64,000 bases of DNA from Mobula hypostoma. Lineage: Eukaryota. The translations under genes were made by a program, and so were the position numbers. Numbering within the stretch: position 1 is the first letter of the stretch; every line of letters starts with the position of its first letter. Under the pieces are notes generated by a model. It saw only the letters and a list, made by a program, of their open reading frames with translations, was not told the origin of the DNA and made no database searches. Positions 61,358 to 64,000 of the stretch are shown piece by piece. Location: the NCBI RefSeq assembly GCF_963921235.1, contig NC_086109.1, positions 21,702,001 through 21,766,000 of the forward strand. The letters are read 5' to 3'.

Positions 61358-61976
61358 TCTCGTGGTTGCTCCTGCGTTCCCTCGCTCGCTCTCAAAAAAA
61401 TTGACTTCCAGGATATTGCATATAATTTGTGGGCATCAGGGAGCCACTATTAATATGCGGGAGACTCCTGGAACTTCTGGGAGAGGTGGGATGTCTGCCT
61501 TCACAAGTTCTACCAGTCTGCTGTTGCCAGTACAATCGCTATGTGATGGTGTGCTGGGGCAATGGCATCAACATGGGTGATGCCAGCAGGCTCAATAAAC
61601 TGGTTAGAAAGGCTGGCTCTGTTTTTGAAGTCAAACTGGAGACACTAGAGACTGTGGTAGAGCAAAGGACCCCACGGAAAATCCTGGCAATTCTGGACAA
61701 TGTTTCTCACTCTCAGCAGAGGTGCACCTTTAATAATAGATTAAGAAAACTGCACTGCTCCAGAAAGGTCTTTCTTACTCTCAGCCATTAGGCTCTATGA
61801 TCAGTTAACCTGGAGCCAGGGAACTGATGACCTCATCCTGTTAGACTGCTTAAGTTAACTCAGTTTTTTATTCTTTCTTACTTCTCTTCTAATATTTGTA
61901 TATTTGAGTATTTGTCACTTGTAATTCTACTGTGACACTCTAATTTCCTTTGGGATCAATGAAGTATCTATCTATC
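60640..61976 (+). mobile_element. Rex1/Babar 3' fragment split by a DNA transposon
   Basis: WCKLNHLQLNINKTKEMVMDFRK, YLGVHL..RLEW, VCWG..I...DASRLNKLVRKA; tail GGGATCAATGAAGTATCTATCTATC. Confidence 0.85.
60960..61497. mobile_element. Non-autonomous TIR DNA transposon (hAT-like ends) with 6-bp TSD
   Basis: CAGACATCCCACC...GGTGGGATGTCTG; CCTTCA at 60954-60959 and 61498-61503. Confidence 0.75.
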
Positions 61977-62153
61977 CTTTTCAACAGCTTTCTTTGTCAA
62001 TCCCCCACTATAATCTATGTAGACCACTTTACATATACTACTAATATTTATTAATAAAAATAAGCATTATTATTTACTAATTAAAAAATCAGCTGTTGAT
62101 ATTGTAAATCTGAAATACAAGAATGAAAATGCTGGAAACATTCAACAGGTTGG

Positions 62154-62357
62154 ATAACACACATCAAAGTTGCTGGTGAACGCAGCAGGCCAGGCAGCAT
62201 CTCTAGGAAGAGGTACAGTCGACGTTTCAGGCCAAGACCCTTCGTTGACTGTACCTCTTCCTAGAGATGCTGCCTGGCCTGCTGCGTTCACCAGCAACTT
62301 TGATGTGTGTTGCTTGAATTTCCAGCATCTGCAGATTTCCTCGTGTTTGCTTTTTTA
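62154..62357. mobile_element. Palindromic PLE-terminus insertion with 10-bp TSD
   Basis: Perfect 65-bp inverted arms 62156-62220 and 62247-62311; AACAGGTTGG at 62144-62153 and 62358-62367. Confidence 0.85.
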
Positions 62358-62637
62358 AACAGGTTGGGTAGGATCTTTGGAAAGAGAGAAAGCATTATAG
62401 GTTGAAGATTGATGCTGCCTGCCCTGCAAAATTACTCCAGCATCTTATTTTTTTTATCAACCTTCCATGGTACTTCCTCAAATCATTCAGTCATTGGTCG
62501 GAACAACCTTCCCTGACCAAATTCAAGCTGTCAGACCCTGCTTAATGAGTCCATTTCTAAACAATGGTTCATGTTGTTTACTTTCTCTTCTCTCGCTTTT
62601 TTTATGTTGAAAATATTATAAGAGAGAGATGGACGAA

Positions 62638-63015
62638 GACCATGAGACCATAAGATATAGGAGCAGAAGTAGGCCATTTGGCCCATTGAATCTGCCCCAC
62701 CATTCAATCATGTGCTGATCCAATTATTCCATTCATCCCCACTCTCCTGCCTTCTCCCCATACCCTTTGATACCCTGACTAATCAAGAAGCTATCTATCT
62801 CTGCCTTAAATGCACCCAATGACTTGCCCTCCACAGCTGCTCATGGAAACAAGTTCCACAGATTTACCATTCTCTGACTAAAGTAATTTCTCCACATCTC
62901 TGTTCTAAATGGATGTCCTTCAAACCTGAAGTCATGCCCTCTTGTCCTAGTCTCCCCTAACATGGGAAATAAGATTGCCATTTCTAATCAGTTCAGGCCA
63001 TTTAACATTTGGAAT
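62638..63015 (-). mobile_element. CR1 LINE 3' fragment
   Basis: GACCATAAGATATAGGAGCAGAAGTAGGCCATT...CCCCATACCCTTTGATACCCTGACTAATC; matches the 48571 copy. Confidence 0.85.
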
Positions 63016-63253
63016 GTTGAAGAGAGGGAAAGGTAGAGGTAACAGAAACAATGAAAAGAGAAGAGAAAAGGGGGAGAGGGAGAGGAGGGGTCTGGGAGAG
63101 AAGCAAGGGAATATTGGCAGAATATAGACCAATGTTCCATATATACTGTCCCACCATATCTTTCGAAAGGTACTTTTGAATTGATTTAGATGGAGCAAAT
63201 TTTCTGGAAACATTGGGTTCTGCAAGTACAAAATTGCACTAAAGTGTGGAAAT

Positions 63254-63483
63254 CCAATCACAAACGAGAGAAAATCTGCAGATGCTGGAAATCTGAGCAA
63301 CACACATAAAATGCTAGAGGAACTCAGCGGGCCGGGCAGCATCTCTGGAAAAAAAGTACAGTCAATGTTTCAGGCCAAGACCCTTCGGCAGGATGTCTCA
63401 GCCCAAAACATTGACTGTACTTTTTTCCATAGATGCTGCCTGGTCTGCTGAGTTCCTCCAGCACTTTGTGTGTGTTGCTAAAA
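63254..63483. mobile_element. Palindromic PLE-terminus insertion
   Basis: Inverted arms joined inside degenerate hammerheads; TGTGGAAAT at 63245-63253 and 63484-63492. Confidence 0.8.
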
Positions 63484-64000
63484 TGTGGAAATATTGTATA
63501 CATGGTGGAAATGCCAAATTCTCATCAAACTTAACAAGCTATAACTTGTGACTCAAATATCATGGCTTTTTAAATCTCTCTGATTCAATAATGTCCATTT
63601 TGAGAAGAAAACTTAAGATTTCTTACCCTGTCAGGTATCTGTGCTTCTAGACTAGCACCACTCTAGTTGTCTCTTCAGTGAATTGGCTCAGGAAACTGTT
63701 CAGTTGATGCAATCTGTGAGACTCACAACTCTCAGCTACATGAGGTGTGAGCTCCCACAATCAAGTCATAAAAAATTACTTTTTTTCCTTAGAAGACTGC
63801 ATTGTGCTTCCTAGTAATCTAACCAACCTCACCTGGTCACCTAGTAGTCCCACCCCAAATCCAACTAAGAAATACAATTGTTCAAGAGAATCTTAAATCA
63901 TACTTGCTTACAGATTTGTCTTAGATTTTGTTAATGCATTGTCCTAGGATACTCTTAGGGGGGGCTGACCACCTTCATTAAATGTTTGTTTATACCTCTG

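Noticed and set aside
62156..62311. Recurring ~35-nt palindromic repeats as a CRISPR array
   Set aside because: They are dispersed and inverted rather than regularly spaced with unique spacers; there are no cas genes and the context is eukaryotic

Overview
This is vertebrate non-coding DNA, most likely from a cartilaginous fish (ray/shark). That assignment is inferred from the repeat repertoire, not from a gene. I could not support any host protein-coding exon, tRNA, rRNA or CRISPR array. Much of the window is layered transposable-element debris: Rex1/Babar, CR1, RTE, L1 and R4-clade (Dong/Rex6-like) LINE fragments; tRNA-derived V-SINE-like and RTE-tailed SINEs; Tc1-like and hAT DNA-transposon remnants; a 3'-truncated CsRn1-clade Gypsy element (LTR, tRNA-Trp PBS, CHCC gag, PR-RT-RH-IN); and a gag-only LTR element. 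The most notable signal is a dispersed family of Penelope-like element (PLE) termini carrying minimal type I hammerhead ribozyme motifs (consensus CAGTC-CTGAYGA-AGGG-N6-CCC-GAAAC-GTC-GACTG). Many occur as very short TSD-flanked insertions that begin at the ribozyme, or as near-perfect palindromes whose junction falls at or near it. A second subfamily shows a compensatory change in stem I. PLE-hammerhead association is established in general; whether this family has been described in this lineage cannot be judged here. Several repeat-free islands rich in TAAT/ATTA are candidate conserved non-coding elements. Boundaries of old repeats are approximate (tens of bp).
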